A DNA stretch of 64,000 nt from an uncultured Chlamydiae bacterium (GTDB lineage Bacteria > Chlamydiota > Chlamydiia > Chlamydiales > SM23-39), in assembly GCA_963730605.1 (NCBI GenBank), contig CAVSSM010000002.1, forward strand, positions 394,416 through 458,415, written 5' to 3'. Position 1 is the first letter of the stretch, and the number at the start of each line of letters is the position of its first letter. The notes below the pieces were generated by a model. The model saw nothing but the letters and a program-made list of their open reading frames with translations. It was not told the origin of the DNA and did not search any database. A program made the translations under genes and the position numbers. Positions 51,016 to 61,729 of the stretch are shown here, one piece after another.

Positions 51016-52434
51016 GTGATAGATCTGGCGCTCGCTTTAAAATCGGTCACTCTCCTCCTCGGGTTCTACATGGCCTGGAACATCGGCGCCAATGATGTGG
51101 CCAATGCGATGGGAACCTCGGTCGGATCGAGAGCCCTTTCCTTAAAAAAGGCCGTGTTCCTCGCCGCGATTCTCGAATTTTCCGGAGCTTTTTTCGTCGG
51201 CTCGAGCGTTTCCGAGACGATCCAGAAAGGGATCATCGACCCTGCGATTTTCCATGCCGATCCGCAAGTCTTCGTCCTCGGGATGATGGGCTCGCTTCTT
51301 GCGACGGGGATCCTTCTCCAATTTGCTTCCTATTTCGGCCTCCCCGTCTCAACGACACATGCCATTGTCGGAGCCGTTCTCGGTTTCGGGGCCATGGTCG
51401 GGGGGGTTGACGCGATCTATTGGGCTGAGGTTGGCTGGATCATTGCAAGCTGGATCCTCTCCCCTCTTTTGAGCGGGATTGCCGCCTATCTCATTTTCCT
51501 CCTCATCCAAAAAAAAATCCTCTTCGCCCTAAATCCCATCGAAGCAGCGCGTTGGCTCGCGCCGTTTTTCGTATTCATGTGCTTCATTGTAGTTTCTTTG
51601 AGCATCTGCGGAAACGAACAGATTCTTGGACCTATCGATTTCGCCGAAGCCTTTTCGATCTCCTGCTGTTTCAGCTTTGCCGCCGCCCTTTTGAGTTACA
51701 GAGTTTTCAGAAGCCGCCCTCCCCCTTCTACTCTGTTGCCCTCCAGTTTCCATCCAGCCCAAGCCGTGAGCCTTGAAAAAGCGCTCCACCATATGCAACG
51801 GGTCCATCTTTCCAATCGCAGCGCCGATTATGCGGCCCGGATCTCCCGCATCTTGAATGACGTCCGAACTCTTAGCGATGATGTAAAAAAAGAAGCCCCT
51901 TTTCATGACTCGACCGCGCAATACTACGGCGTGGAAAAAACTTTCGTATTTCTCCAAATCCTGAGCGCATGCCTCGTCGCTTTCGCCCATGGCGCAAATG
52001 ATGTCGCCAACGCGATCGGCCCCGTCGCCGCTGTCCTGGAAGTCCTCAAGACGAACGCCTTTTCTTCTTATTCGGCCGTCCCGGCCTGGCTCCTCGCTTT
52101 GGGCGGCGCCGGGATCGTGATCGGTCTTGCGACCTGGGGATGGCGCGTGATTGAAACGATTGGCAGCAAGATCACAGAGCTGACACCCACCCGCGGGTTT
52201 GCCGCTGAGTTCGGAGCGGCTTTCACGATCCTCTTCGCTTCGAAATTAGGCATGCCCATCTCTACGACGCATGCCCTTGTCGGCGCTGTCTTCGGCGTGG
52301 GGATGGCGCGCGGCCTGAAAGCTCTCAATCTTCAGACACTGAAAGAAATCGTCGTTTCTTGGGTCGTCACAATCCCCCTATGCGCGATCTTAAGCATCGT
52401 CCTCTTCTATCTCTTAAAGTGGCTGCTATTGTAG
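51016..52434 (+). CDS. Inorganic phosphate transporter (PiT)
   Basis: Two GANDVANA and P(V/I)STTH signatures. Confidence 0.95.
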   Translation: MIDLALALKSVTLLLGFYMAWNIGANDVANAMGTSVGSRALSLKKAVFLAAILEFSGAFFVGSSVSETIQKGIIDPAIFHADPQVFVLGMMGSLLATGILLQFASYFGLPVSTTHAIVGAVLGFGAMVGGVDAIYWAEVGWIIASWILSPLLSGIAAYLIFLLIQKKILFALNPIEAARWLAPFFVFMCFIVVSLSICGNEQILGPIDFAEAFSISCCFSFAAALLSYRVFRSRPPPSTLLPSSFHPAQAVSLEKALHHMQRVHLSNRSADYAARISRILNDVRTLSDDVKKEAPFHDSTAQYYGVEKTFVFLQILSACLVAFAHGANDVANAIGPVAAVLEVLKTNAFSSYSAVPAWLLALGGAGIVIGLATWGWRVIETIGSKITELTPTRGFAAEFGAAFTILFASKLGMPISTTHALVGAVFGVGMARGLKALNLQTLKEIVVSWVVTIPLCAILSIVLFYLLKWLLL

Positions 52435-53235
52435 TAACCAGGAAGTGGCATCCCGGACCGCAGCCGCGGTTTGCGCCGCGCCTTCCGTGATGACACTATA
52501 AGCCGGAAGAATGAGCGACTGATAGGCGAACGAGCCCGATTTTTCGAGAGAGATTTTGAGCGCAGCCGTTGCCTGAATGATGCACTGGCTCGCAGGCAAT
52601 AACGCAGCCTTCCAGACCCAAAGGGACGCCGGGGCCAAAATAGACTGATAGACCCAATGAGCCGCTTTTACGACCTCCTCTAAGGCCGGCCCTATGACAG
52701 AACTCCAAGCCCAGATCGTAACATTTACCGTTAGTTCTGCCAAGAGCCGGAGCGAGTGGAAGGCGGCCTCGGCCGCCTTCGAGATTCCTTCAAAGCCGGG
52801 AACGATGACAGAGGTCCAAACCCACTTCGCCAGAGTGGCGAGCGGCTGCTTTATGTAATGAAATAGGGCCTCAGCCACTGCTTTGATCCCTTTCAAGGCC
52901 GGAGCGAGAATATATTCGTGATAAAGCGCCGCTCCCTTAGGAATCCCAACGGTGAGGATCCATTTGGGCACCACCCATGTGACCGTGTAAATGGGGACCG
53001 CTACGGATAAAAAGGCGCCTTTGCCCACAAAGACGAGCTTTTCTCCCGCAATGGTTGCCGCGCGCCCCACATGGCTCCACGCAGGCGTTGACAAAAGATG
53101 GGCGCCGCTAAGCTGTAAGAGCCTACCGCTTCCGGCCAGAGCGCCGGCGAAAAGCGTTATGCCCCCAACTCCTAATGCGATGTTCCTCAAAGTGAAAATG
53201 CGTCCCGGTTCCGAGAGGGAAGGTGCTGCAACCAT
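52426..53235 (-). CDS. Hydrophobic hypothetical protein with imperfect helical repeats
   Basis: AAGGAG RBS; recurring W..(S/A)(V/I)(I/L).PA motif. Confidence 0.7.
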   Translation of the reverse strand: MVAAPSLSEPGRIFTLRNIALGVGGITLFAGALAGSGRLLQLSGAHLLSTPAWSHVGRAATIAGEKLVFVGKGAFLSVAVPIYTVTWVVPKWILTVGIPKGAALYHEYILAPALKGIKAVAEALFHYIKQPLATLAKWVWTSVIVPGFEGISKAAEAAFHSLRLLAELTVNVTIWAWSSVIGPALEEVVKAAHWVYQSILAPASLWVWKAALLPASQCIIQATAALKISLEKSGSFAYQSLILPAYSVITEGAAQTAAAVRDATSWLLQ

Positions 53236-53459
53236 ATAAACCACTCCTTTTTTGATTCGCAATAGTAATAAACGCGACGAATAAAAACAAACAAAAAGAA
53301 ATAATTTTTGCTCAAGAAAATTATTAAATAAATTAACTTCCATGCTTCAATAAAAATATTAAATTTCCCTTAAAAAATCTATACTCCTTTACTTTTATCA
53401 TTAGCTCTTGCTAGGATGTCTGCATTGCAAAACGACCCTAAAACCCTAAGGAGGTTCAT

Positions 53460-53789
53460 ATGGCAATTACCCCAACAGGCAGCATGACTGCCGCAAAATC
53501 GGCAGCAGTATCATGCTCCAACACAGCGTGCACATGGATCGCAAACACAGCAAGATCCGCTGGAAACGCTGTCAATGCAGGCGCAGCGAAAGTCACAGCT
53601 CTTGCCAGCGCTGCATTTCAAGCGCTCGCGAAATATGCGTCCGCTATGGCCGGCCACACTAGAAATTTTGCAGTCGCTACCATGAACGCCCTCAAAGCCA
53701 ATCCTCAAATTGCAATTGGCGGATTAGTGGTATTACTCGCTGCTGCAGCCATTTACGCGTACACACAAAGAGCCGCAGCCGCAAATTAA
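53460..53789 (+). CDS. Ala-rich small protein with a C-terminal TM helix
   Basis: AAGGAGG RBS; IAIGGLVVLLAAAAIYAY. Confidence 0.8.
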   Translation: MAITPTGSMTAAKSAAVSCSNTACTWIANTARSAGNAVNAGAAKVTALASAAFQALAKYASAMAGHTRNFAVATMNALKANPQIAIGGLVVLLAAAAIYAYTQRAAAAN

Positions 53790-55966
53790 TACGCACCTGC
53801 GGTATAGTTGTGCTGCTCTCTGGCGGCGAGGATGCCTCGCCGCTCATCCCACCGGTAGGTCCAGAACGGACTCTCTTCCAGTGTTTCTTCTTCGATCATT
53901 AGATTGCCCCTTTCCTCTTTCACGCGCATCCGGATCCCGTCAGGGACATCAAAACGAAAATTGCCATCGAAAGTGACATCAACAGCCTCGAATTCAGAAA
54001 ATCCCTCCAAATGGATCTCCAAGACGCCATGACGGACAAATCGATTTTTCCAAAAGGGCGCACTTCTTGCCCAATCGACTCCTTCATTTTTGACGGAGAC
54101 GTTTTTCAGACGCGCGCGGCCTGTTTTGTTTGAAAAATGAAGGATCCCCTCCGGATCGAAATGGCCCAAGGGCTGGGATGCATGGATGAGAAGACTCCCC
54201 TCCAACTTCAGGTTATCGACCTCAAGATCGGCGATTTCAAGCTGCAGTTCCGATCCTAAAGAGAAGCTACCCACGGAAATTTTTTGTTTGATGAGAGAAT
54301 AGAGCGGACCTAAGGCCGGATGATAAAGGAAGAGGGCGTCCGGACCATGCAGGAGATACTCTTCGAGCGGGCGAGACGGAGGGAGCGAGAACCCGCACCT
54401 GGATAGCAGCTCTCTTGCAGATTGAAGCTGCACATAAAAACACTCTTCAGGAGTCTCTTGGACAGGGCCGCCTGAAATATACGCTTTTTTAGCTGTGGAG
54501 ATTGTTTTATGCCGGTGATTGTAAGTGACGAAAGTTTTTTCAGGCTTATCCGCCCAAGAGCGGCGGATGGACGATCCTGCTAACGCAGATTGTGGCTTTT
54601 CTGGCTTGGTTTTTTCAACGAAGACATCGGCAATATTTTGCATCGTCGATTCGAGACGCGCCATGGGCCCCTGCTGTTTTTCTCCTTTCGGGCCCAGGAA
54701 AGTAGAGGTCTTGAGATTGATGAGAAGCCCTGGAAACGGACAAGTTCGAACGGCGTTTTCGACAGCGTTGAGATCGGCGAACAGAATATTCGTATTCGAA
54801 GAGAAGCGGGAATAGAGACCTCCCTCTTTCAACGGCCGGTCTTCGATGCCGTACTTCGTAAAATCGCAATATTCGATGTTTGTTAAAGCGATATCGCCAT
54901 TTTTTTTCTCTACGATCACATTGACGCCTTCCGCCGAGCAGACCAGCCGGGGGCAAGAGGCAAAACCAAAAGATACCCGTTTCTTCACTCCCAGCCCGAT
55001 GAAAGCCAAAAGGCCATAATCAAGCCCGGCGATCGGATTGTTGATTTGGCGGATCAAGGCTTTTTTACGCCCCATGAACGCAAGCCAGTCGAAAATTCCC
55101 TGATCGCGCGCCAGTTTCCATAACGCCCCATGCCCCCCCGGTTTCAAAAGAGGGGAAAGGGGCCCTAAAAGATACCAGTTTCCCTTTGGATCGACTGCCG
55201 GAACGAGAGGCTGAGTGAAGAGGCGGAATCGATCTTTTTTTCGCCCAAACCATCTATGCTCGGAGCAAATATTCGATACGTGGCGGTCATTATCCTTTTC
55301 CTTCGAGGTCATGATCGCGATGGGAACTTCTACCTGTTTTCCATAGAGTTTGTAGTAGAGGAATTCGCGAGCCTGCAGATCGCGGATTAAGCCTTCGAAA
55401 AGCGTTCTCCCTCCGTAGCCGAGTTTTGCTGCCGGCAACTCGCTGCCTGTCTCCTCGTCGATCAAATGAAGCCGGTCCGCCGCCCCTCCGAGGGGGTACA
55501 TTTCGGCGATTTGAGGAAGAGTTTTTATCCCCATATGAATCGCTTCCAGCACTTCCGGCGTCTCTTCCGTAATATCGATGAAATCGGGTGCGCGGAAAGC
55601 CGCGATTTCCGATTGCCGTAAATCGGAAGATCCCCTTAAAAATTCCAGGACTTTCTTCTGATACCCTACGATCCCGCCAAGCTCTCGATAAAACGCATCC
55701 ATCGCCGTCATTTTTTCGAGCAGCTGCAACAATGCTGTCTGGTCGATAGGTCCCGCTCCTACCAATCGCTCCATTTGACCGATGGCAATCATCTGTTTCG
55801 CCGCAGCCTCCGATTCCGGAGGCATTTGAGCAAAGAGCTGATTGAAACTGGGAGTTTTTTGCAGAAATTCTCGGACTTGAGGAATAGAGTTGAGGAGGGC
55901 GATCTTATCACTGGCAGACTGCGCCTCCCGCAAATCCTCGCACAAATGTTCCAGTGTTTCTTCCAT
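53786..55966 (-). CDS. UTP-glucose-1-phosphate uridylyltransferase, UGP3-like
   Basis: YPLGGAADRL, IMTS, KPGGHG, RQINNP, NIEY and RLESTMQNIAD. Confidence 0.85.
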   Translation of the reverse strand: MEETLEHLCEDLREAQSASDKIALLNSIPQVREFLQKTPSFNQLFAQMPPESEAAAKQMIAIGQMERLVGAGPIDQTALLQLLEKMTAMDAFYRELGGIVGYQKKVLEFLRGSSDLRQSEIAAFRAPDFIDITEETPEVLEAIHMGIKTLPQIAEMYPLGGAADRLHLIDEETGSELPAAKLGYGGRTLFEGLIRDLQAREFLYYKLYGKQVEVPIAIMTSKEKDNDRHVSNICSEHRWFGRKKDRFRLFTQPLVPAVDPKGNWYLLGPLSPLLKPGGHGALWKLARDQGIFDWLAFMGRKKALIRQINNPIAGLDYGLLAFIGLGVKKRVSFGFASCPRLVCSAEGVNVIVEKKNGDIALTNIEYCDFTKYGIEDRPLKEGGLYSRFSSNTNILFADLNAVENAVRTCPFPGLLINLKTSTFLGPKGEKQQGPMARLESTMQNIADVFVEKTKPEKPQSALAGSSIRRSWADKPEKTFVTYNHRHKTISTAKKAYISGGPVQETPEECFYVQLQSARELLSRCGFSLPPSRPLEEYLLHGPDALFLYHPALGPLYSLIKQKISVGSFSLGSELQLEIADLEVDNLKLEGSLLIHASQPLGHFDPEGILHFSNKTGRARLKNVSVKNEGVDWARSAPFWKNRFVRHGVLEIHLEGFSEFEAVDVTFDGNFRFDVPDGIRMRVKEERGNLMIEEETLEESPFWTYRWDERRGILAAREQHNYTAGAY

Positions 55967-56275
55967 GTCTTAGCAAAAATGTGCCAGGGAGCATGAAAAA
56001 AAGACAAGCAGTGAATTTTCACGCATTCAGAAGCCTATAGAAAAAATCTGCCAGCGGCTTGGAAAAATGACAAGCAATGATTTTAATATCAGAAAAATAG
56101 AGACATGTTTTACAATATTAGAGTTTTACACAACAAAATCCTGCGGCGTGATTTTTTTCATGCGCGAGGAGAAGACGATTTTTTTTGACTATTAACCCCC
56201 TCGACGGATAAAAGATTTCTTTGAGGAAACTCTCAACACTTAGACAATCCGAGCCTTTTTAAAGGAGTAAGAAAC

Positions 56276-56536
56276 ATGGCAACGAAACCAAAAACTTCCA
56301 AATTCATGCAGCCAATGAAGCCAAGCAGAGAGCTAGCTGCGGTCGTCGGCGATGGCCCAATGCCTCGTACCGAAGTGACCAAGAAACTTTGGGCGTATAT
56401 CAAGAAAAATAATCTGCAAGATGCAAAAAATAAAAGAAACATCAACCCAGACGAAAAGCTCCAAAAGATCTTTGGCGGCAAGAAAGCAATCAACATGTTT
56501 GAAATGACGAAACTCGTCAACAAGCACCTTTCCTAA
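56276..56536 (+). CDS. Stand-alone SWIB/MDM2-domain protein
   Basis: PRTEVTKKLWAYIKKNNLQD..NKRNINPD. Confidence 0.93.
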   Translation: MATKPKTSKFMQPMKPSRELAAVVGDGPMPRTEVTKKLWAYIKKNNLQDAKNKRNINPDEKLQKIFGGKKAINMFEMTKLVNKHLS

Positions 56537-56627
56537 GATCTTTTCCGTTTGATAAACTCCTGGGGTGTAAAAACCCTGGGAGACTCCCCTGCTTAAAAAT
56601 ATTTTTACTCACACCCAGCGCTACAAG

Positions 56628-57356
56628 TTGACCATTGCCTATGACGGGACAAACTATTCCGGTTGGCAAGTACAGCCCAATGGCTTAGGCGTACAGCCAC
56701 TCATCCAGCAGGCACTCGCAACCGTCCTCCGATCCTCCGTTGACCTCACCGGCTCCGGGCGGACGGACGCCGGGGTCCATGCGCGCGGACAAACCGCCCA
56801 CTTCGATGCCCCTGAGACCGTCGAGATCTCCCGCATCCGTTGTTCACTGAACGCGCTTCTCCCGCCTGACATCCGGATCCTTCGAATAGAACGGGTCGAC
56901 CCCGATTTTCATGCACGCTATAGCGCCACTTCCAAAATCTACCACTACCACCTGCATCTTGATCCAGTGATCGATCCATTCGTCCGTTTGTATCGCCATC
57001 AAGTCTTCGGACCTTGCGATCTCGAGCGGATAAGGGAAGCCCTTCCTCATTTTCTCGGCACGCGCGATTTTTTCTCTTTCGCAAATGAGCCGAACCGTGG
57101 AAGCGCCTCTCGCGGCTCAGTGAGAACGCTTACCCGCCTTGACCTCATCGAGCAGAAGGGGGGCTATCGCCTCGAGTTCGAAGGCAATGGATTTCTCTAC
57201 AAGATGGTGCGCAATATCGGAGGGGTCCTTCTGGAGGTCGGCGCAGGGAAACGCGATGCGAGTGAGATTCCGCAAATCTTCGCTGCGAAAGACAGGCGGC
57301 GCGCCGCCGCCGCCCTCCCGCCCCAAGGGCTTTTTCTCATGGAAGTTCGCTACTAA
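56628..57356 (+). CDS. truA: tRNA pseudouridine(38-40) synthase (start may be slightly upstream)
   Basis: YDGT.YSGWQ.Q, GRTDAGVHA and FLYKMVR. Confidence 0.96.
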   Translation: MTIAYDGTNYSGWQVQPNGLGVQPLIQQALATVLRSSVDLTGSGRTDAGVHARGQTAHFDAPETVEISRIRCSLNALLPPDIRILRIERVDPDFHARYSATSKIYHYHLHLDPVIDPFVRLYRHQVFGPCDLERIREALPHFLGTRDFFSFANEPNRGSASRGSVRTLTRLDLIEQKGGYRLEFEGNGFLYKMVRNIGGVLLEVGAGKRDASEIPQIFAAKDRRRAAAALPPQGLFLMEVRY

Positions 57357-57388
57357 TTCCCCAAAAATGCTGCATTTTTGGGGTCTCC

Positions 57389-58063
57389 TTAAAGCAGCTT
57401 GTCTTTGGGGATTTCTTCGAACGATTCGAAATGGATGACCTCCCCTTCTGTCGCAATCTCGAGAAGGGGATGGTGTGAGGGACAGATCAGCACGGCAAGC
57501 GCGGAGGTTCCTTGAAGAGCCTGGAGCCCTCTTACGCTATCTTCGAATCCGATGATCCGGTCTCCGGGCTGCCCGTAGAGCTGTATCGCCCTGAGATAGC
57601 ACTCCGGGTTCGGCTTTGGCTTTTCATAATCTTCGCGGGTGATCCATTTCGGGATCGAATCGAGAACCGGCATCTTGGAGCGGATGAAGAGTGCCTGCTC
57701 GAGGGGAGAATTGGTGACGACGCATCGCCGGATATTCTCTTGCTCCAGCGCCTTGAGGAGCGGACTCACGCCCGGCATGAGCTTGAGCTTGCCCGCCGTA
57801 AGAAGCTCCAAATAGGCCTGTTTTTTCTCGGCATACACGATGTCCCAATTGGGCTCTAGATCAGGAAACTGGGCATACAACCCCTCTTTCAGAGCCGTGG
57901 CGTTGAGATGGGCCATCTCGCTGAACTGGGCGAAGGTCCATTCAAGCCTGAAGCCTCTCCGGGCCATCATGTTTACGTAGGCCGCGTAGTGGACCCCTTC
58001 GGTATCAACGAGAAGGCCATCTAAATCAAAGAGAAAGAGTTGAAAATCGCGAATCCAGTTCAT
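57389..58063 (-). CDS. HAD-family phosphatase
   Basis: FDLDGLLVDTE, KPKPNPE and FEDS. Confidence 0.9.
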   Translation of the reverse strand: MNWIRDFQLFLFDLDGLLVDTEGVHYAAYVNMMARRGFRLEWTFAQFSEMAHLNATALKEGLYAQFPDLEPNWDIVYAEKKQAYLELLTAGKLKLMPGVSPLLKALEQENIRRCVVTNSPLEQALFIRSKMPVLDSIPKWITREDYEKPKPNPECYLRAIQLYGQPGDRIIGFEDSVRGLQALQGTSALAVLICPSHHPLLEIATEGEVIHFESFEEIPKDKLL

Positions 58064-58092
58064 CTTTAAATTCTAATCATTATATTGAAAAC

Positions 58093-59991
58093 ATGGAAAG
58101 AAAGCAAATCGAAGTAAACTACCTTTACTTTGGGGCGTTTTTGGGTTTGCTGCTTCTAACTTCCGGAAGCGGGATCTTACTCAAAGAGAGCCTCGCCGGA
58201 TCCCGGACATTCTTTTTTCTTTACGCTGCAGGGCAGGCGGTTTTCGAAACCCTCGCCCTAGTCTTTTTAGCGTGGATGATCCGATGCTATTTGGGTAGAG
58301 CCGCCGCCATGGCCTTCATCGGGGCAACATTTACGTTCCTCATCCTCCATCTCATCGACTCCATAATAGATCGGATCCTGGATCTTTCGATTTGGGAAGC
58401 GATCGGCTTCGTCAACGGGGAGAGCTGGAGCAACTTCCTCTACCTCCTGGATGCCTCGGGGATTTCTCTCTGGATCTGGCTTTTCGCCTTTGCCGCTCTT
58501 GCGGCTATCCCCTTCTTAGGGATCGCATTCCATGCCTGGACAGACCGGATCGCCTGCCGGCGGCCTCTAATTTTGCGCAAAGAATGGCTGCTGCAGGCAT
58601 TTCTTTGCATCCCCGTCGCTCTTTGTTTTTGGGAATATTCGGCATCGCGCCTTCTTCATCCCGACGCCTACACTTCCTTGCTCCAATCCTTACCGTGGAA
58701 ATGGACGTTCCTTCAGCCGCAGGCCATCCACTATCCCATGCCAGCCTCTCTTCTTCATCCTCGAGGGGAAGCGGAAGTGCGGGCCGCGATCGATGCCGAC
58801 TCTACAGTACTTTCTCAAAAACCGAATATCTATCTTTTCGTTGTCGAATCGTTCCGGGAAGATTTCATCGATCCAAACGGCGCTCCCCATTTGCATCGCT
58901 TCAAACAAGAGGCAAACCATTTCGATCTTGCCCTATCGAATGCAAATGGATCGCACCAATCCTGGTTTTCCATTTTTCATTCTCAATTTTCCTATCTTTG
59001 GAACCATCTCCAGTCGAAGGGATGGACAATGGGAAGCCCTCCGATCCACCTCTTAAAAAAATGGGGCTACAAGGTGCGGCTCTATTCCTCCGCGCAATTG
59101 AAATACTACGGCATGGAGGAACTGCTCTTCGGCAAAGACTTACGATTAATCGATTCCTATCAAACCTTCCAGCACGCTCCGCCTGTTTCGGCCGCTGATA
59201 CCGACCGCCAGGGAATCGCAAAATGGAAGCAGGATCTCGCTGAAAACCCCGACCTAGCCCATGGGCAACTCGTCATCGTCTTTTGGGACTCAACCCACTT
59301 TGATTATAGTTGGCCGCAGGATTGGAAACTGAAATTTACCCCTATTTCCAAAAAGTGCGATTATTTCAATATTTTCCAATCCAAGGATAAGATCGAAAAA
59401 ATCAAGAACCGCTACCGCAACTCGGTCCATTACATCGATTCGCTCTTCGGCGTATTTTTCAAGGATATTCCTGACAAGGAAAACGCGATCGTGATCGTCA
59501 CAGGAGACCACGGCGAAGAATTTTTCGAACACGGCCATCTCTTCCATGGATCCCACCTGACCCATGAACAGACGAATATCCCCTTATACATGAAGTTCGG
59601 CGAAAGATTGGGAACAGCACTCCCCCGGGTCGTATCGCAAATGGATATTTTTCCGAGCCTGCTCCACTTTTTAAGCGGCAAACAGCCGGCATTTTTAGAA
59701 GGGAGGTCGATCTTTAGCCGCGACCATTGGCCTTACGCGATCATCACGAGATTCAATGCGGGCCGCGCGCCCTATGAATTTTGCATCCACAATGGAGATC
59801 ACAAACTCATTGCCCGGTTCGGCAAAAAAGATATGTTTTGCTCCGATTGCCTCAAGATCCGCTCTCTTTGGGACCGCAAAGACAGGTGTCCTTTCGATTG
59901 CAATCCCCGACAGGTGGCAAATTGGATTCAGATGGAATTTGGCCCAGCGATCGAGCGGCTATTCAGCCGCTTCCCCAGCGATCCTGAATAG
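58093..59991 (+). CDS. Membrane-anchored sulfatase/alkaline-phosphatase-superfamily protein
   Basis: About 5 N-terminal TM helices; VVESFRED, THFDY and TGDHGEEF. Confidence 0.85.
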   Translation: MERKQIEVNYLYFGAFLGLLLLTSGSGILLKESLAGSRTFFFLYAAGQAVFETLALVFLAWMIRCYLGRAAAMAFIGATFTFLILHLIDSIIDRILDLSIWEAIGFVNGESWSNFLYLLDASGISLWIWLFAFAALAAIPFLGIAFHAWTDRIACRRPLILRKEWLLQAFLCIPVALCFWEYSASRLLHPDAYTSLLQSLPWKWTFLQPQAIHYPMPASLLHPRGEAEVRAAIDADSTVLSQKPNIYLFVVESFREDFIDPNGAPHLHRFKQEANHFDLALSNANGSHQSWFSIFHSQFSYLWNHLQSKGWTMGSPPIHLLKKWGYKVRLYSSAQLKYYGMEELLFGKDLRLIDSYQTFQHAPPVSAADTDRQGIAKWKQDLAENPDLAHGQLVIVFWDSTHFDYSWPQDWKLKFTPISKKCDYFNIFQSKDKIEKIKNRYRNSVHYIDSLFGVFFKDIPDKENAIVIVTGDHGEEFFEHGHLFHGSHLTHEQTNIPLYMKFGERLGTALPRVVSQMDIFPSLLHFLSGKQPAFLEGRSIFSRDHWPYAIITRFNAGRAPYEFCIHNGDHKLIARFGKKDMFCSDCLKIRSLWDRKDRCPFDCNPRQVANWIQMEFGPAIERLFSRFPSDPE

Positions 59992-60050
59992 CCATTTGAC
60001 GTAAATCGAGAATCTGTTTAAAAGCTTTTCTCGATTCAATAGCGAGTACC

Positions 60051-61439
60051 ATGACGCTCCTCTCGGAAAAACAACATCTCCTTGAAGAAAAAATCCTTAG
60101 AGCCATGCGCATGCACCCTCATAGATTCGATGCAAGGCTGGGCAAAGGACTCCTTCATTTTATCGCAAAGAAAGAAAACAGTTTTTTTGATAGCCGCTCA
60201 ACTCTGCATCTTTTCAAAATCATACTGGCGCAGTTTTTCCTCCAAAAGCGGATGGAACGGACCATCGGCGCTAATGTTCAAGAAGACAAAGAAGTGTATG
60301 CGCGTATTTTTTCCGCCTCTTCGCGGATCTGCTTTGCGTTTGCGTTTACCTCCCAGCGTAAGTCGGAGACCTTCGATCAAGAGCACCTCATGACGGCAAT
60401 CGCAACCTTTGTTCCGGGAGTCAAAGAAATCCCCGATTCCTTCTTCACATGGCAGTCTCTCAAACACTCCTATCTCTTCTGTTATCTGGAATTGGAGACG
60501 CCGCGGGGAAAAACACTTTCCCAGGGCGAACTTAAAAAGCTGCAGAAACACTTGCAAGAGCACCTCCTGCACTGTACGGGAAGTTCCTGTCCCTATGTGT
60601 TTTCGCCGTATAATTACGAAGAATCGTATCGACAGCTTCTTCTTTTACAGCGAGAATTAAAAAGCCCGGAAGATCTTCCTCAAATATCGGTTCATTTTAA
60701 GGGACAAACTTCCTTGGATCTGGAATTTCTCGTCTATGTCGTCCGGCCAGAAACCCAAATTTCTCTAGAAGATGCGATGAAGCGGCTCCCCGCTTTTGTC
60801 CGGATTTCTTCGCACACCAATCAATATTGCAATACAGTTCCTCGTTCGGAGGCTTCCGCCTTTTCACTCCATGTCCCGATTCGCTGTTTGGATGCCGGGC
60901 CTGTCATCAATCAATTTAAGGCTCGTAAATATATCGTCGCCCTCCTTGAGAGGGTCTTCGGTCCCTTTAGAGATCTCAATGGAGGATTGCTCGCCAAGCA
61001 AGACGAAGCCTTTGAAAAAATCACGAAAGAGCTTAGAGAAAAAATCCCGCAATTTACCTTTTTTGCCGAATCCTTGTTCTATTCGTTGAAGCCGGTGGAA
61101 GCGCAAATTACTCTACGGATCGATCAAGCAGAAACCCTCTTCAGGGCGTTCGCGGCAACTCTAAAAGAAAAAAAGTCCTTTTTTGTCCGGCATGAGCCAA
61201 AGGGGATCTTGATCGTCAAAACAAAGGATAGTGCTCTTCTTGAACCGTTGATTCAGAAAAATAAAAAGCGGAAAAACACCGCCTATGCATCCATAAAGGT
61301 CTTGGATGCGCAATATCTCATTCTTCTAGATCCGACCACTGAGCATGCAACAGATCTCGAACAAGAGCTGGTAACGCTTTGCCGGCAAATGAAATCAAAG
61401 CCCCAACGCTTTGTCGGGAGGCCCGAACTCGTATCCTAA
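60051..61439 (+). CDS. Hypothetical protein
   Basis: Uninterrupted 462-aa ORF; no function assigned. Confidence 0.7.
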   Translation: MTLLSEKQHLLEEKILRAMRMHPHRFDARLGKGLLHFIAKKENSFFDSRSTLHLFKIILAQFFLQKRMERTIGANVQEDKEVYARIFSASSRICFAFAFTSQRKSETFDQEHLMTAIATFVPGVKEIPDSFFTWQSLKHSYLFCYLELETPRGKTLSQGELKKLQKHLQEHLLHCTGSSCPYVFSPYNYEESYRQLLLLQRELKSPEDLPQISVHFKGQTSLDLEFLVYVVRPETQISLEDAMKRLPAFVRISSHTNQYCNTVPRSEASAFSLHVPIRCLDAGPVINQFKARKYIVALLERVFGPFRDLNGGLLAKQDEAFEKITKELREKIPQFTFFAESLFYSLKPVEAQITLRIDQAETLFRAFAATLKEKKSFFVRHEPKGILIVKTKDSALLEPLIQKNKKRKNTAYASIKVLDAQYLILLDPTTEHATDLEQELVTLCRQMKSKPQRFVGRPELVS

Positions 61440-61689
61440 ATCTTCCGCTGAAGCGCGGTAGCCCCTGCCTGGATTGCGATGCGGCCTGCGATTTCGCTCA
61501 TCGGAACAAGAAGAGGGAGGCGGCCCCAGCCGTCAGTCACCGTCTCATAGGCGACCCCAACCACTTTTTTCGCAAGGAGATGCTTCGTCTGCTCTGGGTC
61601 GGGAGCTAGGTGGAGATAGCAAAAAAGATCCGCCCTTCGTAAAGAAGAGGAAATTCAGCGCTTTGAGGCTCTTTCACTTTGACGATCAT
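61436..61689 (-). pseudogene. ald: Alanine dehydrogenase internal fragment
   Basis: MIVKVKEP...CYLHLAPD...AYETVTD..GRLPLLVPMSEIAGRIAIQAGA, with one frameshift. Confidence 0.85.
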
Positions 61690-61729
61690 ATGGATTACAA
61701 TGCCTCCGTTTACAGGAAGGGATTATATT

